Both the position numbers and the translations under genes were made by a program. Positions 8,815 through 20,631 of a stretch of DNA of 64,000 nucleotides are shown here, piece after piece (position 1 is the stretch's first letter; the number at the start of each line of letters is the position of its first letter). The stretch spans positions 16,862 to 80,861 of the forward strand of contig CAWCRH010000008.1 of NCBI GenBank assembly GCA_963797975.1, given 5' to 3'. Below the pieces are notes generated by a model. That model worked only from the letters and a program-made list of their open reading frames with translations, did no database searches and was not told where the DNA came from. The DNA is from an uncultured Thermoplasmata archaeon. Its GTDB lineage: Archaea; Thermoplasmatota; Thermoplasmata; Lutacidiplasmatales; UBA184.

Positions 8815-10182
8815 TTACGAGGGTGGGGTTGGCGGAAGCGATGATACGACCACCGCCGGGGGCCTTCGACGACGGAGCAGCCCAACGACCACCGCTGCTA
8901 CTCCCGCCGCTACCAGAACCCCCGTGATGGCACCATCCCACGACGGCGGGCCGGAAGTTGCGGGCGAAACGATCCCGATGACGCTCACATCATCGGAACC
9001 ATAGTTCGTCACGTACAGGTACCCGTTGTCGCTGTCGTAGGTGGAAGCGAGCGGTCCCAAGCCGACGGGAACGGTCGTGACCACCGACGTGCCGTTAATC
9101 ACCGTCACGTTATTCGACAGCGTGTTTGCCACGTAGACATCTCCGTTGCCGCTGTCGTACGCCGAGGAGAGGGGATCCTGACCGACCGGGATGGTGGCCA
9201 CGACCGAGCTACCGTCAATCACGCTCACGTCGGCCGAGTAGTAGTTCGACACGTACACGTATCCGTTGCCGGTGTCGTACGTTAGGAGAAGTGGATAGGT
9301 ACCGACGGGGACCGTTGCCACCACCGAGGTGGTATTGACCACGCTCACATTGTTCGACAGCGTGTTTGCCACGTAGACGTCTCCGGTGCCGCTGTCGTAC
9401 GTCGCGAACTGGGGACGTGTGCCGGCGGGGAGCGTCGCCACCACCGACGTCCCATTGATCACGACCACGGCGTTCGAACGAACCGTCACGAACACGCATC
9501 CATCGCCGCTGTCGTACGCTAGAGCGGTTGGTCCCGAGCCGACGGGAACGGTCGCTGCCACCGATGTCCCGCCGATCACGCTCACGGTGTCCGCTCCACT
9601 ATTCGCCACGTAGACATCCCCGTTTCCGCTGTCGTACGCCAGAAAGACCGGGTACGATCCGACGGGGAGCGTTGCCACCACCGAGGTGCCGTTGATCACG
9701 CTTACGTTGTCCGAGCCATAGTTTGCCACGTAGACGTGACCATTGCCGCCATCGTACACCGCGTAGGAAGGTCCGGAGCCGACCGGTATCGTGGCCACAA
9801 GCGAGGTTCCAGCGATTACGCTGACGCTGCTCGAATTTGAGTTCATCACGTAGACGAGCCCGTTGCCGTCGTCGTACGTGGCGAAATAGGGCTCAGAACC
9901 GACCGAGATTGTCGCCATCACACCCAGGGATGCCGACGCACCGGGAGATCCCTGGGACGCGAGGGAGACCATCGTACCCGGACTTCGGGCGATGGAGAAG
10001 CCGGGTTCGACCGGGGCCGGTCCAACGGGCTGTAGTGCGTGCTCTGAGAGCGGAGCGTGTCCTGGGACAAAGAGCACCGAGGTCAACATCAGGATCCCGA
10101 AGAGAATCGGGATCGTTGGTGACCCTAACGCTAGGGCTCGGCTGAGTCCCATGGGGTGCGGGGAGCGCGTCCAGAGCCTCAT
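8815..10182 (-). CDS. Paralogous YVTN beta-propeller repeat surface protein with a C-terminal TM anchor
   Basis: Same repeat unit as 7025..8491. C-terminal GVLVAAGVAAVVVGLLRRRR. The start was set at MRLWTRSP... (10182), because the longer ORF would overlap the divergent dedA gene. Confidence 0.7.
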   Translation of the reverse strand: MRLWTRSPHPMGLSRALALGSPTIPILFGILMLTSVLFVPGHAPLSEHALQPVGPAPVEPGFSIARSPGTMVSLASQGSPGASASLGVMATISVGSEPYFATYDDGNGLVYVMNSNSSSVSVIAGTSLVATIPVGSGPSYAVYDGGNGHVYVANYGSDNVSVINGTSVVATLPVGSYPVFLAYDSGNGDVYVANSGADTVSVIGGTSVAATVPVGSGPTALAYDSGDGCVFVTVRSNAVVVINGTSVVATLPAGTRPQFATYDSGTGDVYVANTLSNNVSVVNTTSVVATVPVGTYPLLLTYDTGNGYVYVSNYYSADVSVIDGSSVVATIPVGQDPLSSAYDSGNGDVYVANTLSNNVTVINGTSVVTTVPVGLGPLASTYDSDNGYLYVTNYGSDDVSVIGIVSPATSGPPSWDGAITGVLVAAGVAAVVVGLLRRRRPPAVVVSSLPPTPPS

Positions 10183-10255
10183 CCTTTCGGTGGTTCCGCA
10201 TGCCTGGGCCGGTCCCGCCATAGATGCTATGGGGCGCGTGTCGATTTGCCATGGC

Positions 10256-10939
10256 ATGTCCTTCTCCATCGTTGGGAGCGCGGTCTGGCTCGTCACCACG
10301 ACGTTGGGGTGGATCGGGCTCACGGGGCTCTTCGCTCTGATGGTGGTCGAGAGCTTCGGTGTCCCGCCGCTCCCCAGCGAGGTCATCCTTCCGTTCGCAG
10401 GATTTCTCGTTGCCGAGGGAACGTTCAGTCTCCCGTGGACCATTGCCGTAGCCCTCGCCGGTGCGCTCGTCGGCTCCTACATCGCCTACGCGGTGGGTCG
10501 CTGGGGGCGCGCGTGGGCCACAAAACCGAGAGCGGGGGGACTGCGTCTCGACCAGCGACAACTCGCGCGGGTCGACCGCTGGTTCCAAGGGCGAGACGAA
10601 TGGATTGTCGCGGTAGCTCGGCTCATTCCTATTGTCCGGGCCTACATCAGCTACCCGGCGGGGTTTGCGGAGATGAATCCAGTACGGTTCGGGCTCTACA
10701 CACTCGCGGGAGGGGTCCCCTTCACCCTGGCGCTCGTCTACGCCGGCATGGTGCTGAACTCGGATTGGACCGTCATCACCAGCTGGTTCGGGATCTTGGA
10801 CATCATTGTCATCGCGCTGATCCTCCTAGGCCTAGTCTACGCCATCTTGGCCTGGAAGGGCTATCTCTCCTGGGACTGGCCCCCCCGCCGACTTACGCGG
10901 AGGACCCGCCCCGGCGTTTCTCGCGATGTGACCAAGTGA
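10256..10939 (+). CDS. DedA / SNARE-associated family membrane protein
   Basis: Contains ...ESFGVPPLPSEVILPFAGFLV... and ...ARLIPIVRAYISYPAG..., the hallmark DedA motifs. Confidence 0.75.
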   Translation: MSFSIVGSAVWLVTTTLGWIGLTGLFALMVVESFGVPPLPSEVILPFAGFLVAEGTFSLPWTIAVALAGALVGSYIAYAVGRWGRAWATKPRAGGLRLDQRQLARVDRWFQGRDEWIVAVARLIPIVRAYISYPAGFAEMNPVRFGLYTLAGGVPFTLALVYAGMVLNSDWTVITSWFGILDIIVIALILLGLVYAILAWKGYLSWDWPPRRLTRRTRPGVSRDVTK

Positions 10940-10949
10940 GTTCCTGCCG

Positions 10950-10969
10950 GCGGATGTGGCTGCATCCGC
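10950..10969 (+). terminator. Perfect 7-bp hairpin downstream of dedA
   Basis: GCGGATG-tggctg-CATCCGC starts 11 nt after the stop codon. Confidence 0.3.
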
Positions 10970-11324
10970 TTCGATAGCGGGGCGGCACTACGGTCCGGCC
11001 TCCGGTGAGGGCGAAGTTCCCGCACCCGCCTAGACGGACCGTGTCGGTGGGACGGGCCTCACCCCGTCCTATCCGCGACCTTCCTCGAGGCCCGGCGGGG
11101 ACCTACCTCTTCGACGGCGAGCCATCTGCGGAGAGAGCTATCGTGCCGGTTGATGCCCGTTCGGTCGTGCCCGGTCATCTCTGCTCGCCGTAGGATCCTC
11201 ACGCGGATACCCCACGTCCTCCGGGGCGAGGTCCGAACCCGGTGCCGGGGGGTGGCGGGCTCTCCAGCGATCCCGCTTCGCATCCGCCCAAGCGTGGTCG
11301 GCCACGCAAGGAACGGCCCAGCGC

Positions 11325-12590
11325 TCATGCGGCGCAGCCGCTCACCGCGTAGTCGTCGCCATTGAATTCCGCGTAGCCGAAATCCTCGTACAGGTCAGAC
11401 TCGGTCACCGTAACGTGATTGACCGGGTCGTAGAACACGACGACGCCGGTCGAGCTATCATACGATAGAATGACCGACGGGCCGAGCGCCTTGTGGAGGG
11501 AGGCGAGGGTCGACGCCGGGATCGATGGGTTGTCGCTTTGGCATCCCGAAAGGGAAGCACCGCTGCCGGGTCCTTGAACCTGGACGACCGGCGCAAAGCT
11601 GACGTGGCCCACTCCAATCGCGGCTCCCACCAAGATCACCGTGATGATCCCCGCCGTGACACGGTAACCTACCGGCCACCGCTGAGGGGACGGGGAGGGC
11701 GTGCGGCGGCGTTTGCCGGCGCGGCGGGCTACGTTCGTTGGTCGCGCTACCGGCACAGTCACGGTGGAGGGCGATCGCCGCATCACGATGGCGAGCCCGT
11801 TCCCAAGAAGGAGGGCGACGACGATTCCCAGGGAAGGGAGCACTGTGGGCAAGAGGGCCGCAGCGATGCCCACCACCCCCGCAAACAGAGGTTGCTCGTA
11901 CGGAAGGGCGGGAGCGGACCGGGGCTCGACCACCATGAATAGGCCGAAGAAGAGCACGACCGGGTCGAGGGTCGCTAGGAGAAGGACATTCGGGGCGGTC
12001 GAGGCCCCGACCAGCACGTGCTGAACGAGGGTGAGGATCCCATACGCGGCGAAGAACGCGAGAGGAACACGCCACGACCTCCAGTTCCGTAGGAAAAGGA
12101 GCCCGCCCACGCCCAACATCGCGAGCTCTCCAGAGGGGCCGACCGCCACCCACCACGCAGGGGCGAGCCCGAGAAGAAGAACGCCGGTCAGGGTACCGAG
12201 CGCAGCGGGGTTGAACCAGGGCCGGCCGCGGAAGCGCAGGACATGACGCACCGATACCGCGGTGACCGTGGCGATGCCCGCGAGAAGGAGGGGCGCGTTA
12301 GGCGGGAAGATCAGGGCCAGAAAGAGGCCGGTCGCGATAGCCGCGTCCGGGAACCTCAGTTCGGGAAAGCGGACGCGTTGAAAGACCAGGTCGATGCTCA
12401 CAGCAACGAGCGGCAGGACAACGAGCGAGGAGAGGCCAATCCCGTTGAGGAACTGGACCCCAATCAGCCCGATGACGATGAGGGCGATCCAGACAAGACG
12501 TACTGGAGGAAACCACGCGAGAAAGCGGCGGCCCTCGCTGCGGAGGGACCGCGGGGCGACGGAAGGATACAGCGCGCCGCTCATTCGCAC
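11325..12590 (-). CDS. Polytopic membrane protein (RnfD/NqrB-like NPA-containing core) with a C-terminal extracytoplasmic domain
   Basis: Eight to ten TM helices, a WFNPAALG motif, then a soluble tail of about 90 aa bounded by two Cys. TATA-like TCTATATG on the minus strand at about 12612-12620. Confidence 0.4.
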   Translation of the reverse strand: MRMSGALYPSVAPRSLRSEGRRFLAWFPPVRLVWIALIVIGLIGVQFLNGIGLSSLVVLPLVAVSIDLVFQRVRFPELRFPDAAIATGLFLALIFPPNAPLLLAGIATVTAVSVRHVLRFRGRPWFNPAALGTLTGVLLLGLAPAWWVAVGPSGELAMLGVGGLLFLRNWRSWRVPLAFFAAYGILTLVQHVLVGASTAPNVLLLATLDPVVLFFGLFMVVEPRSAPALPYEQPLFAGVVGIAAALLPTVLPSLGIVVALLLGNGLAIVMRRSPSTVTVPVARPTNVARRAGKRRRTPSPSPQRWPVGYRVTAGIITVILVGAAIGVGHVSFAPVVQVQGPGSGASLSGCQSDNPSIPASTLASLHKALGPSVILSYDSSTGVVVFYDPVNHVTVTESDLYEDFGYAEFNGDDYAVSGCAA

Positions 12591-12866
12591 AGAGGTGGTC
12601 CGCGCCTTGGCATATAGATTCCCGCACCTTGGGGGAAGCTAGCCCCAGAGCCAAGCACCTCCAAACGGGGCCCGACTACGTAGGGGCGAGGACGACGACG
12701 CGCCGGCGGACCACACGGTGGTCACGTAGCAATCCTAGGTCGAGGAATTGACCGAGTTAGAACCCGTCTGTGGCCAAGTCGGTCCGGGCCCACACGCCAG
12801 TGTCTCACCCGTCCTAGGACGAGCCCGGTCTACCCGCATCCCGGGACGAAAGGGTTGGTCGGAAGC

Positions 12867-13298
12867 TCAACCGCAGCCGCACCCACCGCTGCCGCAGCCA
12901 CACCCCGCCGAGGCCTCCTCGTGGGGGTCGGCCTCGCCGCGGCTCAGCTTAGGCGCGGTGATCTTGAAGCCAGTCGCTTCCAGGCTCTGTACGAAGTCGA
13001 TGTTCGCTCCGTCCAACAGCTCGGCGCTCTGTCCGTCGACGTAGAGAGAGAATCCGTCGACCGCGATCACCTGATCGTCGGGGCGTTGCCGGTCGAAGGC
13101 CATGCCGAATCGAGGGTTCCCTCCGTGACCGCCCTCGCCGCCACCGCATCCGCACCCGCCGCCACCGGACCCGCATCCGCAGCCTCCGCCTCCCCCGACC
13201 TCGATGTAGACTCGAACGCCGGTCCCCGGCTTCTGGCTTCGAATGAGCTCCCGAACCTGGGTTTGCGCTTCATTGGTTACGTCCACCTTGATACTCAT
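12867..13298 (-). CDS. IscA/HesB-family Fe-S assembly protein with Gly-Cys repeat expansions
   Basis: The HesB fold is recognisable (VRVYIEVGGGG...FGMAFD...IAVDGFSLYVDGQSAELLDGANIDFV...GFKI). The first-Cys site is replaced by GGGGGCGCGSGGGGCGCGGGEGGHGG. The C-terminus is AGCGCGSGGCGCG. Confidence 0.65.
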   Translation of the reverse strand: MSIKVDVTNEAQTQVRELIRSQKPGTGVRVYIEVGGGGGCGCGSGGGGCGCGGGEGGHGGNPRFGMAFDRQRPDDQVIAVDGFSLYVDGQSAELLDGANIDFVQSLEATGFKITAPKLSRGEADPHEEASAGCGCGSGGCGCG

Positions 13299-13517
13299 GC
13301 GTGCGGGGCCCTCCCTGATTTCCCCGAAGAGGAAAGCATGGCCGAGGTATTTAACTCGCCCGGACCGGAGGAGGGTGAGACCGGACCCGGGGTCGCTCCG
13401 GAGGGCGAAGGTGAGACATTGGCCCCGAGCTCGTACGGGTCGATGTCGGCTACGTATTCTGGAGGAAGGCTCCCGAGAAACTCCCGTGGGAGGGGAGCCG
13501 TCGCAGGTCCCGGGCTC

Positions 13518-13847
13518 CTACGCGGAGAACGACTTCCCGCAGGAACAGGTCGCCTTCGCGTTGGGGTTGTAGATCTTGAAACCGGACTCTTCGAGGCTCA
13601 TGAGGAAGTCGACCTTGACGCCGTCCAGCAGAGGAGCACTCGCGCGGTCCACGACCACTTTCAAGCGGTCACCCTCGAACGCGACCTCGTCCCCGGACTC
13701 CTGCTGGTCGAAGGTCATCCCGTAGCTAAGGCCCGAGCAGCCTCCGCCCTGCACGTAGAGACGGAGCGCGGCCCCGGGTTTGCCCTGCCGCTCCATCACC
13801 TTCAGGACCTGGTCCTGCGCAGAAGGCGTGACCGTGACGTGTACCAT
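13518..13847 (-). CDS. Canonical IscA/ErpA (HesB) Fe-S cluster insertion protein
   Basis: LRLYVQGGGCSGLSYGMTFD...VDFL...GFKIYNPNAKATCSCGKSF carries the three conserved Cys. Confidence 0.85.
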   Translation of the reverse strand: MVHVTVTPSAQDQVLKVMERQGKPGAALRLYVQGGGCSGLSYGMTFDQQESGDEVAFEGDRLKVVVDRASAPLLDGVKVDFLMSLEESGFKIYNPNAKATCSCGKSFSA

Positions 13848-13981
13848 GGTCGTTACCGCCCATCAGAGGTTCGTGGGCAGGTAAAACCTCTTCGTTTCGT
13901 CCGCACCCCTAGATGACTCGCGCCGGCGCGTCCTCCCCCTCCCGCCGTAGGATTAACTAGCCCTGCCGGTGTCCCCTCTCC

Positions 13982-14837
13982 ATGTGCCGGCTCTTCGGCC
14001 TGCTCAGTGACCCTCCCGTCCCCGCCACGCGCTGGCTCACGGTCAGCGATCGGGCCCTGCTCCGTCTCGCGAACGTCTCGCCCGGGGGCCGCCAAGGGGA
14101 TGGATGGGGGATCGGCTGGTATGACACCGAGCGTCGCACGCACGTCGAAAAAGGGATCGGGTGCGCCGATGACCCGCAGGAGCGCGAGGAGTTCACGGCC
14201 TCGGCCGAGCGGGCCGAGGGACCGCTCGTGCTCGGGCACCTGCGCAAAGCGTCGAACCCGATGGGACTCCCCGTCGAGCAGCTCCGCGCGCTGGTCAATA
14301 GCCAGCCGTTCGCCCACGGGTCGACCCTGTTCATCCACAACGGAGCGATCGCCCTCCCCAACGAGACCCGCGGGCTAACCGGTCGCTACGCGAGCGCGAT
14401 CCGCGGAGTGAACGATAGCGAAGTGCTTTTCTACCTCTTGCTGCGGCACATGGACGAGAGCCTCGACCCGGCGCAGGCCTTCGCGCGTACGGTCGCGGAC
14501 CTGAATCAGGTCTGGACGACGAACGCGCGGACGAAGCCGTTCCCGGTACTCGGGGCTCAACGTCGTCCTCTCCCGGGGACCGCACGAGCTCTGGGCGTTC
14601 TGCCTCTCGTTGGGCGAGCACGGGACGGGCTTGCTCAATGACGCGTGCCCGTACTACGAAATGACGTATTTCGTCGAACCCGGCCGTGTCGTGGTAGCGA
14701 GCGAAGCCCTCGACACGACCCGCTCGGATTGGCAACGCCTGCCCGACGGCCACTACCTGGTCGCCCAGGCCGACCGCGGCCAGGTCAAATGGCGGACGGC
14801 AGTGATCCCGCACCTCGGGGGGATCCCCGCGGCCTGA
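13982..14837 (+). CDS. Class II (Ntn) glutamine amidotransferase, YafJ-like, with an apparent frameshift near 14545
   Basis: Starts MCRLFG (Cys2 nucleophile), then GWGIGWY and HLRKAS. The frame changes at ...TKPFP / YSGLNVVLSRGPHELWAF...; removing one G at about 14545 restores the ORF through 14837. Confidence 0.6.
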
Positions 14838-14864
14838 GCGTTCCGCCCCGCATCGAGACCAGCC

Positions 14865-15767
14865 GTGGCCGACGAGATGATCAGCGGCCCCGACCTCGGC
14901 GGGGGCTACTTGCATCAGCTCACGGTCGCCCTCGGCGGTCCCGTGGCCCGGTTCACGTTCCACGCCCAGGTCGGCGGCGCCGACGCGAGCGGACCTCCGC
15001 TCGGCCCGCTCGACCCTTTCGGCTTCGTGCACCCGCCAGCGACCTGCGCCTACGGTGGACCGCGCTGTTGGCACCGCACCTTCGACCTCCCGGCCGAGTC
15101 GACCCCGAGTGTCCGTCGGGCCTACAATCGCCTGCGGTTCGTCCTCACCACGCTCCTCGAGCAGCGCTACGCGGGCCGGGCTCCTGCGATTGACGCGGCC
15201 CTCGCCGAGATCGTCGCGCACCTGGGGGAGGCCGATGCGACGGCCGGCCGCTGGTGGTACGTCGGCGGCTCGACCGCGGCCTGGCTTCAGGGGGCGTCGC
15301 TCACTCCGCAGGACATCGACCTGGGCATGGACGAGGCATGTGTCAGCCGGGTCGCGGAGAACCTCAAAGAGTACCTGGTCGAACCTCTCGCGCATACGGT
15401 CTGGGGGACCGACCGCCCGATGCTCGCCGCGCGAGCGTTCGTAGGGACGATGCGCGAGGGCGCTATGGTGGAGTGGGGCGTCCGGCGAGAGGGCGAGAGG
15501 AACGTCGGGCGCTTCGAGGAATGGTCCGGCGACCCTCGTCGCGTCCGGACCCGAACGGTCGAGGTCCATGGGCGACGGGTCGTCGTCTCGCGTCTGGAGT
15601 ACGCCTTCGTGCGCGCCCTCGAGAAGGGGGCGGTCGAACGGGCCCAAGCGATCCGTGAGTCGCTCCGTCCGCTCGGGGTTGACCGCGAGTTCCTCACGGA
15701 ACTTCTCGGTCGTTCGAGTCTTTCGGTCAACCGTAGGCAGATGGCGGCCGCCGAGCTCCTCGATTAG
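14865..15767 (+). CDS. Uncharacterised protein with a Pol-beta-like nucleotidyltransferase signature in its C-terminal half
   Basis: WYVGGSTAAWLQGASLTPQDIDLGMDE fits the hG[GS]-x(9-14)-DxD minimal NTase motif. I do not recognise the N-terminal 110 aa or so. Confidence 0.4.
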   Translation: MADEMISGPDLGGGYLHQLTVALGGPVARFTFHAQVGGADASGPPLGPLDPFGFVHPPATCAYGGPRCWHRTFDLPAESTPSVRRAYNRLRFVLTTLLEQRYAGRAPAIDAALAEIVAHLGEADATAGRWWYVGGSTAAWLQGASLTPQDIDLGMDEACVSRVAENLKEYLVEPLAHTVWGTDRPMLAARAFVGTMREGAMVEWGVRREGERNVGRFEEWSGDPRRVRTRTVEVHGRRVVVSRLEYAFVRALEKGAVERAQAIRESLRPLGVDREFLTELLGRSSLSVNRRQMAAAELLD

Positions 15768-15816
15768 TTTCCGGTCGAAGCGCAGGTTCTTAGGGCACGA
15801 CGCGCGGGGTCGGGCG

Positions 15817-16650
15817 ATGTTGCAGTCGCCCGTCGCCTTGGAGCTGGAGCACCTAACGCCCCACGACCTAGTCGCCTACTTTCATTGCCCGCACGAGATG
15901 GAGCTCACCCGGGTCGCCCGAGCCTCCCGCGCGCAAGGCACCGTGATGACGGCGCGAACTCCGCTCGATGTCGTTCCGCTGCGCCACTCTCCGATCTTCG
16001 CCCCTCCCCTGACGGAGGTCGAGGTCGTTCCCGGGCGGCTCGACTTGAGCTCAGAGGACCGTCTGGTCTACGAGGACGAAGGCGAAGACGACCTTCCGGT
16101 TCTTTTCCCCCCCGAGCAGGTCCACTACGACCCCCGCTTCCGGACCGGCGCCGGGAACCTGGTCGATGGCGAGCTCGGCTTCGCCGGTCGTCCCGACCTC
16201 GTCGTCGAGCGCGCGCGCGATACGCTCGTCCCGATCGAGTACAAGTCGACGCACCTCTTCGTCGGCTACCATGAGGCGCACGGCCGCCTCTTCGACACGG
16301 TCCAAGCGATCGCCGAGTGCCGGCTCGTTCAGGTGGCGTTCGGGCGACGACCTCCGTATGCGATCGTGCTCTACGGCGACAAGGTCGGCGACGGGGAGCG
16401 GGAGGGGTTCGTCAAGATCCCGTACACCGAGTCGGGGGAGCACTGGCTCCGTGCGGCGCTCATGCAGATCCGTAGTGACCGCGTGCGGGCCCCGGTTCCG
16501 ACCGAGCGGAACTGCGCGGGATGCGGACCGAACGGGGACGGGGCCTGTCGCTATGCCGCCGCCCGCTACGAGGGGCCTACGCACCGCTCCACTTGGCACG
16601 CCCTGCCTGCGAATGGGACGAACCTCGCCCCTCTACCTCGCAGAATTTAA
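15817..16650 (+). CDS. Cas4/RecB-like PD-(D/E)xK nuclease with a four-Cys Fe-S signature
   Basis: N-terminal YFHCPHEM. GRPDLVVE...LVPIEYKS provides the D...ExK motif. C-terminal CAGCGPNGDGAC. The stop codon overlaps the 23S rRNA TATA box. Confidence 0.6.
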   Translation: MLQSPVALELEHLTPHDLVAYFHCPHEMELTRVARASRAQGTVMTARTPLDVVPLRHSPIFAPPLTEVEVVPGRLDLSSEDRLVYEDEGEDDLPVLFPPEQVHYDPRFRTGAGNLVDGELGFAGRPDLVVERARDTLVPIEYKSTHLFVGYHEAHGRLFDTVQAIAECRLVQVAFGRRPPYAIVLYGDKVGDGEREGFVKIPYTESGEHWLRAALMQIRSDRVRAPVPTERNCAGCGPNGDGACRYAAARYEGPTHRSTWHALPANGTNLAPLPRRI

Positions 16651-16654
16651 ATAG
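16645..16654 (+). promoter_or_regulatory. TATA box of the solitary 23S rRNA gene
   Basis: ATTTAAATAG is the most AT-rich decamer in the region. It lies about 135 nt upstream of the processing stem. Confidence 0.6.
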
Positions 16655-16789
16655 AAAGTTCGAGTGCTTCGCGGAGCCGTTTCTAACGCACAACGTTCGG
16701 AGCGGTACATGCACCCGCAGAGGCCTGGGCCTCTCCGGGGTAGGGCGAGGGCCGGCCGTCCCAAGGGACGGTGGGCCGATGACGCCACT

Positions 16790-16818
16790 CACACGCGTTC
16801 TGGACGCTTGTCGAATGC
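16790..16818 (+). other. 5' strand of the pre-23S rRNA processing stem
   Basis: CACACGCGTTCTG (16790-16802) and CGAATGC (16812-16818) are exactly complementary to 19788-19800 and 19772-19778. A 9-nt unpaired segment sits between them on each strand, giving a bulge-helix-bulge-like layout. Confidence 0.7.
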
Positions 16819-16819
16819 A

Positions 16820-19770
<2,951 letters not shown>

Positions 19771-19771
19771 G

Positions 19772-19800
19772 GCATTCGGCAGTTAAACAGAACGCGTGTG
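19772..19800 (+). other. 3' strand of the pre-23S rRNA processing stem
   Basis: GCATTCG and CAGAACGCGTGTG are complementary to 16812-16818 and 16790-16802. Confidence 0.7.
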
Positions 19801-19806
19801 AACCCA

Positions 19807-19812
19807 TTTTTT
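19807..19812 (+). terminator. Oligo-T terminator after the 23S processing stem
   Basis: TTTTTT lies 7 nt after the stem. Oligo-T tracts are the usual archaeal termination signal. Confidence 0.5.
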
Positions 19813-19875
19813 CAAAAGGGTCGTCCGCGAGCGGACGCGCCCAAGCCGTTTAGGGCCCCGAGGGTTCCCCACGCC

Positions 19876-20253
19876 ATGCCGTCGCTCGGTGTCGCGCGGA
19901 CCCACTGGCCGGTCGGCGCCTGGATCCGCCTGAAACTTCCCGAACGACCGCCGCCCGTCACGCTGCTCGGGAGCCCGCCGCCTCCCGACCCGCCGCTCGA
20001 CATCCTCGAGCACAATCCGGTGCCGACGGACCCGAAGCGAAAGGTCTTCGCCTTCGAGGAGGACCGTGGCGAATGGGTACTGCGTCTCATCTGGGACGCG
20101 GACGACCCGGACATCCTCTCCGCGGAGTTCCGCGCCCCGCTCTACGGACGCCGTCCGACGCCGGAGCAGGTCTCCGAGTTCTGGAAGGCGGTCAAAGAGA
20201 AGGTCGAGGGGCTGGGTCCGCTCCCGATCGAAGGGGCCGACCCCCGCCCGTGA
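19876..20253 (+). CDS. Hypothetical protein
   Basis: ORF 19798..20253, with the start moved to the first ATG beyond the rRNA terminator. I recognise no motif. Confidence 0.35.
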   Translation: MPSLGVARTHWPVGAWIRLKLPERPPPVTLLGSPPPPDPPLDILEHNPVPTDPKRKVFAFEEDRGEWVLRLIWDADDPDILSAEFRAPLYGRRPTPEQVSEFWKAVKEKVEGLGPLPIEGADPRP

Positions 20254-20296
20254 CGGGGGTAAGCTTCGCCGACCCAGTTCCGAGGGCGCGGGGGCG

Positions 20297-20593
20297 ATGA
20301 CCGAGGAAGAGCGACGCAATGTCCGAGTCGGGGACGGGTTCACGATCGCGCTTCCGGCGAACCCGACGACCGGCTACGACTGGCAGGTCGAGTTCCCGCC
20401 GGAGCTGCTGCGCTACGCGGGGCGGGAACATACCCGCTCCTCCGACCGCATCGGGGCCGGCGGAACGACCACGATCACCCTGAGCGCCCTCCGCGCCGGG
20501 GACGCGACCGTCCGGCTTCGCTACCTGCGCGTGTGGGAAGGACGGCCGGTTAAGGAGCGTCGGGTCGAGGTCCATATCGAGCCCGCGCGCTAG
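20297..20593 (+). CDS. Chagasin-family (I42) cysteine-peptidase inhibitor
   Basis: About 98 aa: ...LPANPTTGYDWQV...IGAGGT...LRYLRVWE.... The NPTTGY and GxGG loops are the chagasin/ICP signatures. Confidence 0.6.
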   Translation: MTEEERRNVRVGDGFTIALPANPTTGYDWQVEFPPELLRYAGREHTRSSDRIGAGGTTTITLSALRAGDATVRLRYLRVWEGRPVKERRVEVHIEPAR

Positions 20594-20631
20594 CCTCCGC
20601 CTCCGCTAGTGCGTAGGCGGGAGCGGTATGA

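Noticed and set aside
7025-10443. Regularly spaced DNA repeats, considered as a possible CRISPR-like or tandem-repeat array
   Set aside because: The period is about 126 nt and the repeats are in frame. They encode the YVTN beta-propeller unit. No spacer/repeat architecture is present.
10940-11325. 385-nt gap between dedA and the RnfD-like gene, considered as RNase P RNA or another structured RNA
   Set aside because: It has no GAGGAAAGUCC-type conserved region or other recognisable ncRNA motif, and only short spurious ORFs. It is left unannotated.
12640-12866. ORF-free stretch with palindromes (CTACGTAG, CGTCCTAGGACG), considered as a 5S rRNA gene because the rRNA genes are unlinked
   Set aside because: It lacks the universal 5S loop motifs (…CCGAAC… / …GUUAAG…-type blocks) on either strand.
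14331-15647. 438-aa minus-strand ORF opposite the amidotransferase and NTase genes
   Set aside because: Same high-GC off-frame artefact. The plus-strand genes carry clear catalytic motifs.
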